From NCBI RefSeq assembly GCF_009914755.1, contig NC_060947.1: a DNA stretch of 64,000 nucleotides; one strand, 5' to 3'. The stretch comes from the human T2T-CHM13v2.0 reference genome, Homo sapiens. How positions within the stretch are numbered: position 1 is the first letter of the stretch; each line of letters opens with the position of its first letter. A program made the translations under genes and the position numbers. This document shows positions 15,404-34,945 of the stretch, piece after piece. The notes under the pieces were generated by a model, which did no database searches, was not told where the DNA came from, and saw only the letters and a list, made by a program, of their open reading frames with translations.

Positions 15404-16036
15404 GTGAGTTAGCATGGAATTCTTATTTTTTTGTAATGTGGCATTTTATATGATTTGATCGTTTCCCCTTCCACAGTAAATTCACCCTTCACCTTCCCTT
15501 CCCCTGATTCATGGCAATTATAATGCTCCATGAGTTAGCAAGCCTAAAACTGAATGATGTTCTGTAAAAAAACTGAAACAAAATAAAACTGGGGTCTACT
15601 TATTGGTGCTTTTTCATGCTTTTCTATGACATTGAATGGCAATTGCCCTGCTTGTAAAAAAATTATTCTACTAAGATGCCATTCTAATTATGAATTTAGA
15701 CAATATCTTGGCTACCACTGTACTTCATTAAATACAATATTTTGTAATCATGTCTTATTTTTACTGAGAAATAAGTAGCTTGGAATAATAGCACTAGACA
15801 ACTGCTGTAGAATATATGGGAGTGGGGAATGGACTTATTGTTTGACTTTAATTTTCCAAATATCAATGGTCACAGCTTATGACTTATGTCTCCTACAAAA
15901 AACATAACTGACTTCTGGCAAAAAAGGACATAAAATAGTGCAATGTAAAGTGATACAAGATAAATAAAGACATTAGAAAGAATGATCACTTTGAAAAAAT
16001 GATGGAAGCTAAATGTGGTCATAAAACTTATTTCTT

Positions 16037-16342
<306 letters not shown>

Positions 16343-16364
16343 TTAAAAATTTTATATAAATTTA

Positions 16365-16570
16365 CTATATATTAGGCAGTCTCCTAAGCATTTAAAACAT
16401 TAACTCATCTAATTTTCATTACAAACCTGTGACTGTTATTAAAACTATTATTATTATTTTCTGTATTTTATAGATGAGGAAATTGGGGAACAGAAAGATG
16501 CTAGTAAGTACCAAAGACAGGATTCAAACTCCCTTTGTCTGGCTTCAAAGCTCATTTTCTTATTACTATA
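16365..16570 (-). mobile_element. MIR
   Basis: ttttatagatgaggaaattgggg...ggattcaaactc. Confidence 0.7.
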
Positions 16571-16622
16571 TTACAGTTTCTCACTAAGAATGTAAAGAAA
16601 CAACCAAAGGTGGTCCCTGAAA

Positions 16623-16625
<3 letters not shown>

Positions 16626-16678
<53 letters not shown>
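16626..16678. repeat. (TA)n microsatellite, about 26 units
   Basis: Perfect TA run. Confidence 0.98.
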
Positions 16679-16682
<4 letters not shown>

Positions 16683-16887
16683 TTTTTTTAAAGGAGGCTC
16701 TTTCTGATGTTAGAAGAGTATAGTTTTCTATTCAGCTAGAAGAACACCTGCATACATTTGCATATGATAAAGTAAGATGATCCTTTATGATGCTGGAGTG
16801 AAAAGAAATAAACAATAAGATACACAGACCACACAGAATATAAGGTGTTGAAATATCCCCGAAAATGCAATTTTTAGAAATGGTAAA

Positions 16888-19611
<2,724 letters not shown>

Positions 19612-20008
19612 GTAAACTGCTATGATAATCTTTAATGAAAATCTTTCTGTAGGTTGAGAAAAACTAAGAGTGATGGAATGTGAGAATTAGCAGTGTTGAT
19701 GAATGACCTAATCCTGGAATAGTGCTAACAGGATCACTAATTCAATATGTTAGCAGTAAATTTACTAGATGAAGGAACTGCTACATTAATCTTATATTTT
19801 ACCACAGCACAATTAAGAATCCACAGGAATTTGGCTAATCAGTTTTCATAAAATAAAATTATCTCTTACATAATTCTTTCATATTCCAAATGGTCTATAA
19901 TTTATGACAGAATGAGTCACACACCGATTTGAGTTTTTGTTTTGTTTTGTTTATAAACAAAGCACCCCAAAGGAAGATTTAGATGCTCAGGATAAAGGTC
20001 AACACTAG

Positions 20009-20881
<873 letters not shown>

Positions 20882-21094
20882 TAACTTCCTTTACTTGTCA
20901 GCTACAGTTTCACAACAGGTGATATTTTTGATACTTTTAAGATACTCACACTTTAAAAAAATGTTTTTGAATCACACACTTCATAGTTTAATGTTTTCCT
21001 CAAAACCCAACACACATCTTTTGGCTTGAAGTTCAGAATGTGTTTCTTTGGTATGATTTCTTTAAGTTGTATGGAAAATGTGTATGTTCTTTAG

Positions 21095-21130
21095 AAACAT
21101 AAGCTAACTATTATCATGGAAAGATTTGAG
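21095..21130 (+). CDS. Putative coding exon, 36 nt, phase 0/0 (KHKLTIIMERFE)
   Basis: Acceptor tgtatgttctttAG, strong donor GAG|GTAAGA. Keeps the phase-0 frame open. Confidence 0.55.
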
Positions 21131-21459
21131 GTAAGAATTATTTCAAAGCTTAATCTGGGAACTTTTGAGAGATATTTTCATCTTCAAGAATTATGTTGTT
21201 GAAGGCCTTAAATGCCAAGACAAGTTTAGAGGTAACTCTTCAGACAGTAGAAAGACTAAATATAAAAAAATCAACATACCCTGATGTGATAACATTATTT
21301 GTAAGTGCAGGGTTTTATTTTTAGACATATGGAAAATATTCAACATTGTTCTCTGCCCAGAGTCCTAAGATTTTGTCATTGTCATTGACCTTTAGCCGTT
21401 TGAGTACTTTGCTTTTAATCATTAGTAACTTTTATTTTTGATTACTAACGGCATTATAT

Positions 21460-21670
21460 TAAGTGCTCTAAAGTAATAATTTCAATTTATTCAGTCCTTA
21501 TAGCAGCTTTATTGATGTATAGCCATTAATGCCTCAGTTGAGGAAACTGAGGCTCAGAGAGGTTAAATAATGTGCCTAAAGTTGCACAGTTTGCAAGTGT
21601 TTGATAGGGGGATTTAAACATAAATATTCTGATTCTAAAGTCCATGCTGTTTGTCCAATCGTACACTGTC
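21460..21670 (-). mobile_element. MIR
   Basis: gaggaaactgaggctcagagaggttaaataa core. Confidence 0.85.
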
Positions 21671-22904
21671 CTCTATTCTTATATTTATACATAATGGCTC
21701 CTCAGCAAACATGTATCCCAGGTGTGACCTGACATCCCACGATTCTCATGGCATGTTAATGAATCTTAGCAACAGAGCAGATGGGTGTCATGTCCATAGA
21801 TAAAAGGCTTATGAGCTCCCACAGCAGATGAATACACAGCACGACAGATGGGAACCATTCTTCTGGAGCTCTTGGACTACAAAATATTGGCAACCAACTT
21901 AGAAAAAAAGTTGCTAACTATGCCTTTTATATCTACCAGTTATTAGGCTTTGGAAAATAAATTATAGAATTTAAGCACTATTCAACATAATAATAAATCA
22001 AATGAATAAAATATGGAGTTTCAGTTTTCAAATATAAGGAAGAATCAAGGGTGAATATACTTCTATCATATGAATCATTTGTTTACATAGAGTTTTGGAT
22101 TATGACTCATCAGCCTATGCATGAGTCTTCTAGCAACGTCTAGCACCCAAGCAAAACAAATTGCATTTGTAATCACAGAAGTAGCCTTGTTGATAACACT
22201 GAAACCAAGCTGCTAAAAGCTCATCACTTGGCTTATCATGAGGACTCATAAGTAAAGCACATTGAGAGTGAAATGGAGGCCACTTGAGAGCGGAATAAAT
22301 ACCAGGAATAGGTGAGGCCAGAGTTGGGGGCCTCATTGCATTTTGGGTGAAGGTATGATCCTCAAAGAAGAGTTGCCAGTAGGGCACATTCAAATGCGCA
22401 AGAAGGAATTTGATTAATTTTGACTAACTTTAGGACGCCAAAAGTCCTGATCTGGAGGGAAACATTCTGCAGAAAAAAACATGTGATCAATGATGATACT
22501 CATGGTTAGGCAACCTCATTATTTGGTTCTCTTTGTAGTAAGAATGCAGCCAGTGATTATCTCATTAACTGTACACAGACCCTGAGACAAGTGATAAATT
22601 ATTTGAATTTGTTTCCACATCTGTAACTTGGGGGTATTTGTATCATTCTTATAGAATTGCCATGAAGGTTAGCACAATAAAGTTTCTAAAGTGAGCGTAT
22701 GGGAGATGTTCAATAACCAGGTAATCAATTCCGTTTTTTCCCTCCAATCCCATCTGAAAATTGGAAGGTAAAACAGGAAGCAGGGAAACATAGACACGTG
22801 CAATTGGTTTAGTAAACATGGACGTTTAGGTTTCCATGGCCAAACTAGCACATTAAATTCTGTACTTAGATAGTGAGACTGGGCCTGTTAAAGTACTGCC
22901 AGGA

Positions 22905-23190
22905 GGCCAGGCGTGGTGAATCACACCTGTAATCTCAGCAATTTGGGAAGCCGTGGCAGGTGGATCGTTTGCGCCCAAGAGTTTGAGACCAGCATGGGCA
23001 GCACAGCGAAACCTCTTTACTACTAAAATACAAAAAAAATCCATGTGTGCTAACACATGCCTGTAGTCCCAGCTACTTGGGAGGCTGAGATGGGAGAATC
23101 ACCTGAGCTCAGGAATTTGAGGCTGCAGTAAGTGGAGATCCTGCCACTGCACTCTAGCCCCGGCGACGGAAGGGAGATCCCGACTAAAAA
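22905..23190 (+). mobile_element. Alu, AluJ-like, with its tail interrupted by L1
   Basis: Diverged dimer. Degenerate TSD aaagtactgccagg (22890-22903) and aaatacttccagg (29462-29474) brackets Alu + L1 + (CA)n. Confidence 0.9.
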
Positions 23191-23652
23191 GAAAACACTG
23201 GGGAAGCAGCCAAGATGGCCGAATAGGAACAGCTCCGGTCTACAGCTCCCAGCGTGAGCGACGCAGAAGATGGGTGATTTCTGCATTTCCATTTGAGGTA
23301 CCGGGTTCATCTCACTAGGGAGTGCCAGACAGTGGGCGCAGGACAGTGGTTGCAGCGCACCGTGCGCGAGGTGAAGCAGGGCAAGGCATTGCCTCACTCG
23401 GGAAGCGCAAGGGGTCAGGGAGTTCCCTTTCCTAGTCAAAGAAAGGGGTGACAGAAGGCACCTGGAAAATCGGGTCATTCCCACCCTAATACTGCGCTTT
23501 TCCGACGAGCTTAAAAAACAGCACACCAGGAGATTATATCCTGCACCTGGCTTGGAAGGTCCTACGCCCACGGAGTCTCGCTGATTGCTAGCACAGCAGT
23601 CTGAGATCAATCTGCAAGGCGGCAGCGAGGCTGGGGGAGGGGCGCCTGCCAT
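23050..23652 (-). CDS. L1 ORF0-like antisense ORF (200 aa) reading through into the AluJ
   Basis: Starts [33 protein letters not shown], the L1 ORF0 N-terminus, and has no stop until 23050. Expression is not shown. Confidence 0.5.
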   Translation of the reverse strand: MAGAPPPASLPPCRLISDCCASNQRDSVGVGPSKPGAGYNLLVCCFLSSSEKRSIRVGMTRFSRCLLSPLSLTRKGNSLTPCASRVRQCLALLHLAHGALQPLSCAHCLALPSEMNPVPQMEMQKSPIFCVAHAGSCRPELFLFGHLGCFPSVFFLVGISLPSPGLECSGRISTYCSLKFLSSGDSPISASQVAGTTGMC

Positions 23653-24235
23653 TGCCCAGGCTTGCTTAGGTAAACAAAGCAGCTGAGAAGCTCGAAATGG
23701 GTGGAGCCCACCACAGCTCAAGGAGGCCTGCCTGCCTCTGTAGGCTCCACCTCTGGGGGCAGGGCACAGACAAACAAAAAGACAGCAGTAACCTCTGCAG
23801 ACTTAAATGTCCCTGTCTGACAGCTTTGAAGAGAGCAGTGGTTCTCCCAGCATGCAGCTGGAGATCTGAGAATGGGAAGACTGCCTCCTCAAGTGTATCC
23901 CTGACCCCTGACTCCCGAGCAGCCTAACTGGGAGGCACCCCCCAGCAGGGGCACACTGACACCTCACACGGCCGGGTACTCCTCTGAGACAAAACTTCCA
24001 GAGGAATGATCAGACAGCAGCATTCGCGGTTCACGAAAATCCGTGGTTCTGCAGCCACCGCTGCTGATACCCAGGCAAACAGGGTCTGGAGTGGACCTCT
24101 AGCAAACTCCAACAGACCTGAAGCTGAGGGTCCTGTTTGTTAGAAGGAAAACTAACAAACAGAAAGGACATCCACACCAAAAACCCATCTGTACGTCACC
24201 ATCATCAAAGACCAAAAGTAGATAAAACCACAAAG

Positions 24236-25249
24236 ATGGGGAAAAAATAGAGCAGAAAAACTGGAAACTCTAAAAAGCAGAGCGCCTCTCCTCCTCCAAA
24301 GGAACGCAGTTCCTCACCAGCAACGGAACAAAGCTGGACAGAGAATGACTTTGACGAGTTGAGAGAAGGCTTCAGATGATCAAACTACTCCGAGCTACAG
24401 GAGGAAATTCAAACCAAAGGCAAATAAGTTGAAAACTTTGAAAAAAATTTAGACGAATGTATAACTAGAATAACCAATACAGAGAAGTGCTTAAAGGAGC
24501 TGATGGAGCTGAAAGCCAAGGCTCGAGAACTATGTGAAGAATGCAGAAGACTCAGGAGCCGATGCGATCAACTGGAAGAAAGGGTATCAGTGATGGAAGA
24601 TGAAATGAATGAAATGAAGTGAGAAGGGAAGTTTAGAGAAAAAAGAATAAAAAAAAACGAACAAAGCCTCCAAGAAATATGAGACTATGTGAAAAGACCA
24701 AATCTACGTCTGATTGGTGTACCTGAAAGTGATGGGGAGAATGGAACCAAGTTGGAAAAAACTCTGCAGGACATTATCCAGGAGAACTTCCCCAATCTAG
24801 CAAGGCAGGCCAACATTCAGATTCAGGAAATGTAGAGAACACCACAAAGATACTCCTCGAGAAGAGCAACTCCAAGACACATAATGGTCAGATTCACCAA
24901 AGTTGAAATGAAGGAAAAAATGTTAAGGGCAGCCAGAGAGAAAGGTCGGGTTACCCACAAAGGGAAGCCCATCAGACTAACAGCGGATCTCTCGGCAGAA
25001 ACTCTACAAGCCAGAAGAGAGTGGGGGCCAATATTCAACATTCTTAAAGAAAAGAAATTTCAACCCAGAATTTCATATCCAGGCAAACTAAGCTTCATAA
25101 GTGAAGGAGAAATAAAATACTTTACAGACAAGCAAATGCTGAGAGATTTTGTCACCACCAGGCCTTCTCTAAAAGAGCTCCTGAAGGAAACACTAAACAT
25201 GGAAAGGAACAACCGGTACCAGCCACTGCAAAATCATGCCAAATTGTAA
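24236..25249 (+). pseudogene. L1 ORF1, disabled
   Basis: ATG GGG AAA AAA TAG (stop at codon 5) plus further in-frame stops. C-terminal part is ORF 24884..25249. Confidence 0.92.
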
Positions 25250-25312
25250 AGACCATCGAGGCTAGGAAGAAACTGCATCAACAAACGAGCAAAATAACCA
25301 GCTAACATCAAA

Positions 25313-29131
<3,819 letters not shown>

Positions 29132-29412
29132 ACAATGATAACACATGGACACAGGAAGGGGAACATCACACTCTGGGGACTGTTGTGGGGTGGGGGGAGG
29201 GGGGAGGGATAGCATTAGGAGATATACCTAATGCTAAATGACAAGTTAATGGGTGCAGCACACCAGCATGGCACATGTATACATATGTAACTAACCTGCA
29301 CATTGTGCACATGTACCCTAAAACTTAAAGTATAATAATAATAAAAAAATAAATAAAAATAAAAATGAAAAATTGCTCATTTTTTTTTTAAAAAAAGAAA
29401 ACATTGTATACA

Positions 29413-29415
<3 letters not shown>

Positions 29416-29453
<38 letters not shown>
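29416..29453. repeat. (CA)n microsatellite, about 19 units
   Basis: Perfect AC run in the remnant of the AluJ tail. Confidence 0.97.
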
Positions 29454-29459
<6 letters not shown>

Positions 29460-29967
29460 CGAAATACTTCCAGGTATGGTGCAGATTGGTTCTGGTCCGA
29501 GGCAAAGTTGGCTATCACCTCAAGTGGCTGAGCAGGCTGAGAACCTTCAGAAGTATCTATAGAGGAAGGCTAGATAAAGGCCAGAGACATTATATGTCTG
29601 TGCCTCTTTGTTGATTTTGGCAGGAGTTATTGTTAAGGAAACAAAAATTCTGTTGATTCAAGTTTGTATATCAGTTTATTTGATCAGCATGTTATATGCT
29701 GAAAATACTTACTTTGACTAATCTAGAACTATTATAAGCAAATTTGAGAGATTGTCTTTAAAGAAACACCACTGAGTTTGCTCAGATCTGTAGTAGCAAA
29801 TATTAGTTACTTTAAAACATTTGCTGATGTAATCTAGAGTTAAAATTAAAAATAATAAAAATCAAAGTGAACCTTTTCACAATCTCTTTTATGGGTCTAC
29901 TGTATGACCATTAGATTAATTGTTGACTTCCAGCATAATTTCAGAGCAAACCATTTTCTTAAATAGA

Positions 29968-30266
<299 letters not shown>

Positions 30267-31104
30267 TAGATTTTTTTTTTTTAAAGGATTATACAATGGC
30301 AGGGAGCTCTTTGGTGTGATGTGAAAGTATTTTGTATCTCAGTTTTGGAAGATTACTCAATGTAAATGTTGAATTTATAATTTCAGGACTTGTTTCTTTA
30401 GAAACACTCTGTTTCACAGGTAAAAATGTCTGATTGCCCTATTTAAATGTTAGTGCCCAAATGTAAAAGAAAAAATACTACAACAATTTAGCAAGTTGCA
30501 TGCCTGTGAGACTTTAAAGATTTGTCTGTTTTGTTTTATTTTCTTTTACTTTATAATAGATAGTTCTCCCCTGCTGTTGTTTCCTGCTGCAATTTCATAT
30601 TAGCATCCATTGTAGAGCATCCCGATCTCCCTACAGTTGTTGGCTCTTTTCTATGATGTAGAATTCTTTTGTTGTTGTTGTTAGTAACATAAAGTTGTTG
30701 GAAATACGATAGGACAACTGAAGACGTTCCAACTTTCCACTCATATTGATACTCTCACCAGGTTTCTGCAATGATCTTTGGTCAGGTTTAATTTATCATA
30801 GAAATAATTCACAAGAGTGAGTTTCCAAATGTATTTCATCTCCGTAGGTATACTAAGGCTGCAAAATACAACACATGGACTATTGCTGTCAAACTCCACA
30901 TCCTTTCCCCTCTCCTAGATTTCCCCTTGGTCCATTCTCAAAGAGCTACCATATTTTTCATTCTAAATTCCAGCCCTGATGTATGGATCATCCTAGCTTC
31001 AAGTTTTGCCGTCACCCGTTGTTCACTGAAAGAAGTGTAAAGTTACTTTCATGCCTATCCATGTTTTGGCCTACACCTTTCTTTCTGGTCTTGTCACTGG
31101 TTAA

Positions 31105-31282
31105 TTTTGTTTTTTATTTCTTTATTTTTACAGACATGGTTTTGCTCTGTTGCTCAGGCTGGAGTGCAGCAGTGTAAACATAGCTCACTGCAGCCTCCAA
31201 TTCCTGGGCTCAAGTGATCCTGCCAACTCAGCCTCTGTAGTTGCTGGGATTACAGGCGTGAGCCACACACATGCCTAATTTT
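31105..31282 (-). mobile_element. Alu monomer (FRAM/AluJ right arm)
   Basis: catagctcactgcagcctccaattcctgggctcaagtgatcc. Confidence 0.85.
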
Positions 31283-31709
31283 TAAATGCATACTTATGTT
31301 CCAAACTGGATTCTTTGCTCTTTCTTTAATTCATCCCTTTTATTCATTCCTCCCTACTTATTTGTATATATTTCTCCTTTCCCAATCAGTGCTGTTTGCT
31401 TATGTGCTTAGCCACTACCTTCTTATTCATCTTTCAAAGCACCCACCTGGCTTTTAGCTCTCCATTCTTTGAACTTCACTAACTTCACTAACACTGTGCC
31501 TATTCCTCTCACACACAAATTTACACTGCAAGCTTCTATGCCTATGTCATATTCCCCCAGTACAATGTGAGTTCTTAAGAGCAGAGATTATTTTTAACTC
31601 ATGACTCCACACCTAGCATAGTATCTTATACTCACTTAGTGTTCTTCATTGCCAGGTACAACCATCTTCTCTCACCTGAAGCAACTGGTATCCACCAAAA
31701 CTAAGAGGC

Positions 31710-31960
31710 AACATATTATGTCACATAAGAACTTGGGCTTTGAGGTCAGATAATTTTGGGTTTGAATACCAATGTTGCGACTGACTCACTATGTAATTTT
31801 CACCAAACTATTTAATAGCTCTGAGTTTTATTTCCACCATTTGTCATGACAATAATAATTAGATTTATTTAATCAGTGATTACTGTGGATTCTATTACTT
31901 AACCTATATAAAGCACTTAGTACAGTGTCTAGCACATAGTGAACATTCAATAAATGTAAC
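31710..31960 (+). mobile_element. MIR, near full length
   Basis: gggctttgaggtcaga...aaagcacttagtacagtgtctagcacatagtgaacattcaataaatg. Confidence 0.85.
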
Positions 31961-32090
31961 TTACACCATATATACATATGGTGTATGTATGTATTCTGTG
32001 TATTTACATAAATGGGAACCTGCTTGCAAGACTTATAAATACTACGGTTACACAAATGCTAAAGTTATAAAGTTTGGTGATCTGTCTCAG

Positions 32091-32211
32091 CTCTTTAATG
32101 CACACATTATATGTACCATGAGGGATATTATCGAGGACCTCTTTGGCCATTTGCCTTTTTGTGTAGAAGAAATTTCTATAAGGAAGTGTCTTAAGTACTC
32201 TGATGCAAGGA
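32091..32211 (+). CDS. Putative coding exon, 121 nt, phase 0/1 (LFNAHIICTMRDIIEDLFGHLPFCVEEISIRKCLKYSDAR)
   Basis: Acceptor gatctgtctcAG, donor GGA|GTAAGA. Lies in ORF 31989..32273. Alternative donor TAG|GTGATT at 32270. Confidence 0.45.
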
Positions 32212-32531
32212 GTAAGAACTGTGACACCTCTAACTCCTACTCTCAACTTTCTTCCCCCATTGACAGTAGGTGATTCAGAAGAAGTATCTGATTAAGGCAT
32301 GTTGAGACTTAAGGCAAAATGAATGTTCAGTTACACAGCTGTGCTGACTCTTTGAGGCAGTGATGCTTATTTAGGCTGATGCCACTGAAGGCAACACTGG
32401 GGTAATTTTACCAGCAGACCATGTCTTCTTGATCCCTTAAAGAGATGATAGTAGAGAATGTTTGTGGGAGATATTAGATTTTTTTTTAAATAGACTTTTT
32501 TGATCCTTGAAGGTGTCTAACATATGCATTT

Positions 32532-32902
32532 TGTTAAATTAAATTAAATTTGGCCTGAGGATGCCTCCGTACCTTGAGTTTCTACATAACAAATTACAAC
32601 TTAACTTAGTATGTAAACAAATGGAAAGCCTAGCTTAGGTATATTTTCAGCCAATAACAGCCTGTCAACTGACAAGACTGTGTTCATGTATGGCCAAGGC
32701 TGAGCAGTAACTAATCAAGCTGTTTCTGTACCTCACTTCTGTTTCCTGTGTCTCACTTCTGTTTTCTGTCCATAAATGTTGCCTGCCCACTTGTGGGGTA
32801 GAGCTCTCTGAATGTCTACTGATTCTGAGTACTGCCCAATTCTCGAATGATTCATTGCTTAATTAAATTCTGTTAAATTTAATTTGTCTGAAGCTTTTAA
32901 CA
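32532..32902 (+). mobile_element. ERV1 solo LTR, MER57-like
   Basis: Termini TGTTAAA...TTTAACA. tgttaaattaaattaaatttggcct and ctgtttctgtacctcacttc motifs. Confidence 0.8.
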
Positions 32903-33449
32903 ACTTCTAAAAGGAAATAATTGCAAGAAAAACAACTATAGCAACCTTTTAAAATTTACACTTAATCACTGATCATGTGCACTAGGTGCCACTTACCTTT
33001 GCTCCATCTAAAGTGATTATCTCTTGCCCAATTGTGTGTGCTGTGAGAATTCAGTGGGTGTCCTCCACCAATGCAAGTGCTCTTCTTTTCTTTTTTCCCT
33101 TGCATCACTTCTGAGTGTTTGATACTGCTGTTAGTATGTAGTATAGAAACATATTGGGCTTCTGTTGGTATTTTTTCTATTGCAACAACTATTAAAAAGA
33201 CTGTTGTTAGCCTAAAGGGGTGTTTTACAACATGTCAAATACACATTTTTTCTTTTAATTTTCTAATAAAAATGTCTATTTGAGTTAGCTCTTCTAAGGC
33301 AATATAATTTACACCTGTACAAAACATATTTTGCTCTAAATGAGGTAAATAAACTATTTTTGCCATATGTCTCACTTTCTCTGCTGGTTTAATAGTTTTT
33401 AGAATAAGCTGTTTGTAGTATTTCTCCCTTGTTTTAGTTTCACTTAACA

Positions 33450-33770
33450 CAATAATTCAAAAAAAAAAAAAAAGCGTTTACTGAGGGCTTAGTTTGTGCT
33501 AAGTCCTGAGGAAATAAACTGGAAATATAATCATGTAAAAGAGAAAAGAAAAAAATAATAAAGGCCTTGACTTCTAGTTGCTCATAGTTTGGTAAGAAAG
33601 AGTATTTTTTCAACCACCAATTATAAAAGATGAAACAAAATGGGTGCTAAATGGTAGAATAAGTAATATGCTGTGTCCATGCAAAAGAAGTGATTACATT
33701 TGACTGGGAGTGGAGATCAGGAAAGAATTCTTGTTGGTAAAGGCACTGGAGCTGGAATTCAAATATTAGA
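33450..33770 (-). mobile_element. L2 fragment
   Basis: tttactgagggcttagtttgtgctaagtcctg...gctcatagtttggt; diverged. Confidence 0.6.
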
Positions 33771-34213
33771 ATGGTGAAGATGGGGTTAAGAACAACGACA
33801 TAAGATTTTGCAAAATTAAGAAAATAAATAAAGCACAGTACCTCAAGCAACAGTAATAGTTATTATTTTCCAAGCTCACAAAAGTAGTTAGTGGCAGAGT
33901 TAGAAACCAGATCTCCTGGTTTATGTGAGAATTTCTTTTGTATATTTTTCTCTTTTTAAGCAAAGTATGTCCTAATCAACAGAGGTGCTTCAATATCTGC
34001 AGGAAAAGTCTTAAATTGAAATAGATCAATTTTTGATTCAGTTGCATCATCCTTAGAATTTTTATTTTGGGGAACAAGTATGAGAGCAAAACATTAACAA
34101 TCAAAAACTATTCTTCATCTTCAGGTATCGAAAGGTTATTTGGATGCAAAATTCAGACTACTACAAAATATTCTTTGGGGAATATTAAAACACACACACA
34201 ATTTGTACCCTTA

Positions 34214-34945
34214 TGTAGGGACAGAAAGGGGAGGGGATGATCCCTTTCCTCCTCATCGTAAGTGCCTTGGCCAACACCCCAATAACAAAAGACAGTTTAA
34301 CAAGAGAAAAGCATAACAGATTTATTTGATTATAGTTTTATGTTACATGGTAACCTTCAGAATGAAGATTCAAAGATACAGGGAAAAATATCCATTTCTA
34401 TGCTTAGATTCAGTGAAGAATGGGCAGCTATGTAGAACTTTGATTGGTCAAAAAGGGTATAATTTAATGTTAATAGATCGAGTAGAGAAATCTAGCAAGG
34501 CCTATCTGTTCAAATTCTTCTTGTCCTGTCTATGCTATTTTCCTTCCTTTTAGGTATGGAGCTGACTGTCTCTGGAATGGGGTGCTATGACCCATAATCA
34601 AACAAGGTAGTATAGCGAATTTCTTTACGGCCAGTTCTTATTGGAATTAAAATTCAAGTATTAGTTCCTACTGGCTGTAAAGAAAAGCAGGAGAAAGTTA
34701 CAGTAAAATTAAACTGCTTAAAGAAAAGCAGGAAAAAGAGTAATATTTTTAGGTTTAATGACTAGCTTTGGGGAAGATGTTTGGGTTATTTTGGCCCCCT
34801 TTGGAGAAGAGGGATTATAGTTTCTATGGGTAGTCTAGCCTCAGGGAGAATGAGGCTGCCAGACGGGAGGGCAGGAGAACACCAGAGAGAGACATTGCTT
34901 CTGAGACTGCATCTGGAGGCTTTCCGTGTATGCTATCCTTTTCTG
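34214..34945 (-). mobile_element. ERV1 solo LTR (MER34/MER39/LOR1 group)
   Basis: ataacaaaagacagtttaacaagagaaaagcata and cttctgagactgc motifs. Subfamily and right end are uncertain. Confidence 0.65.

Noticed and set aside
30759-30858. Possible 100-nt antisense exon (tattttgcAG ... CTG|GTGAGA) with one open frame
   Set aside because: Isolated, with no partner exons; such signal pairs occur by chance at this scale.
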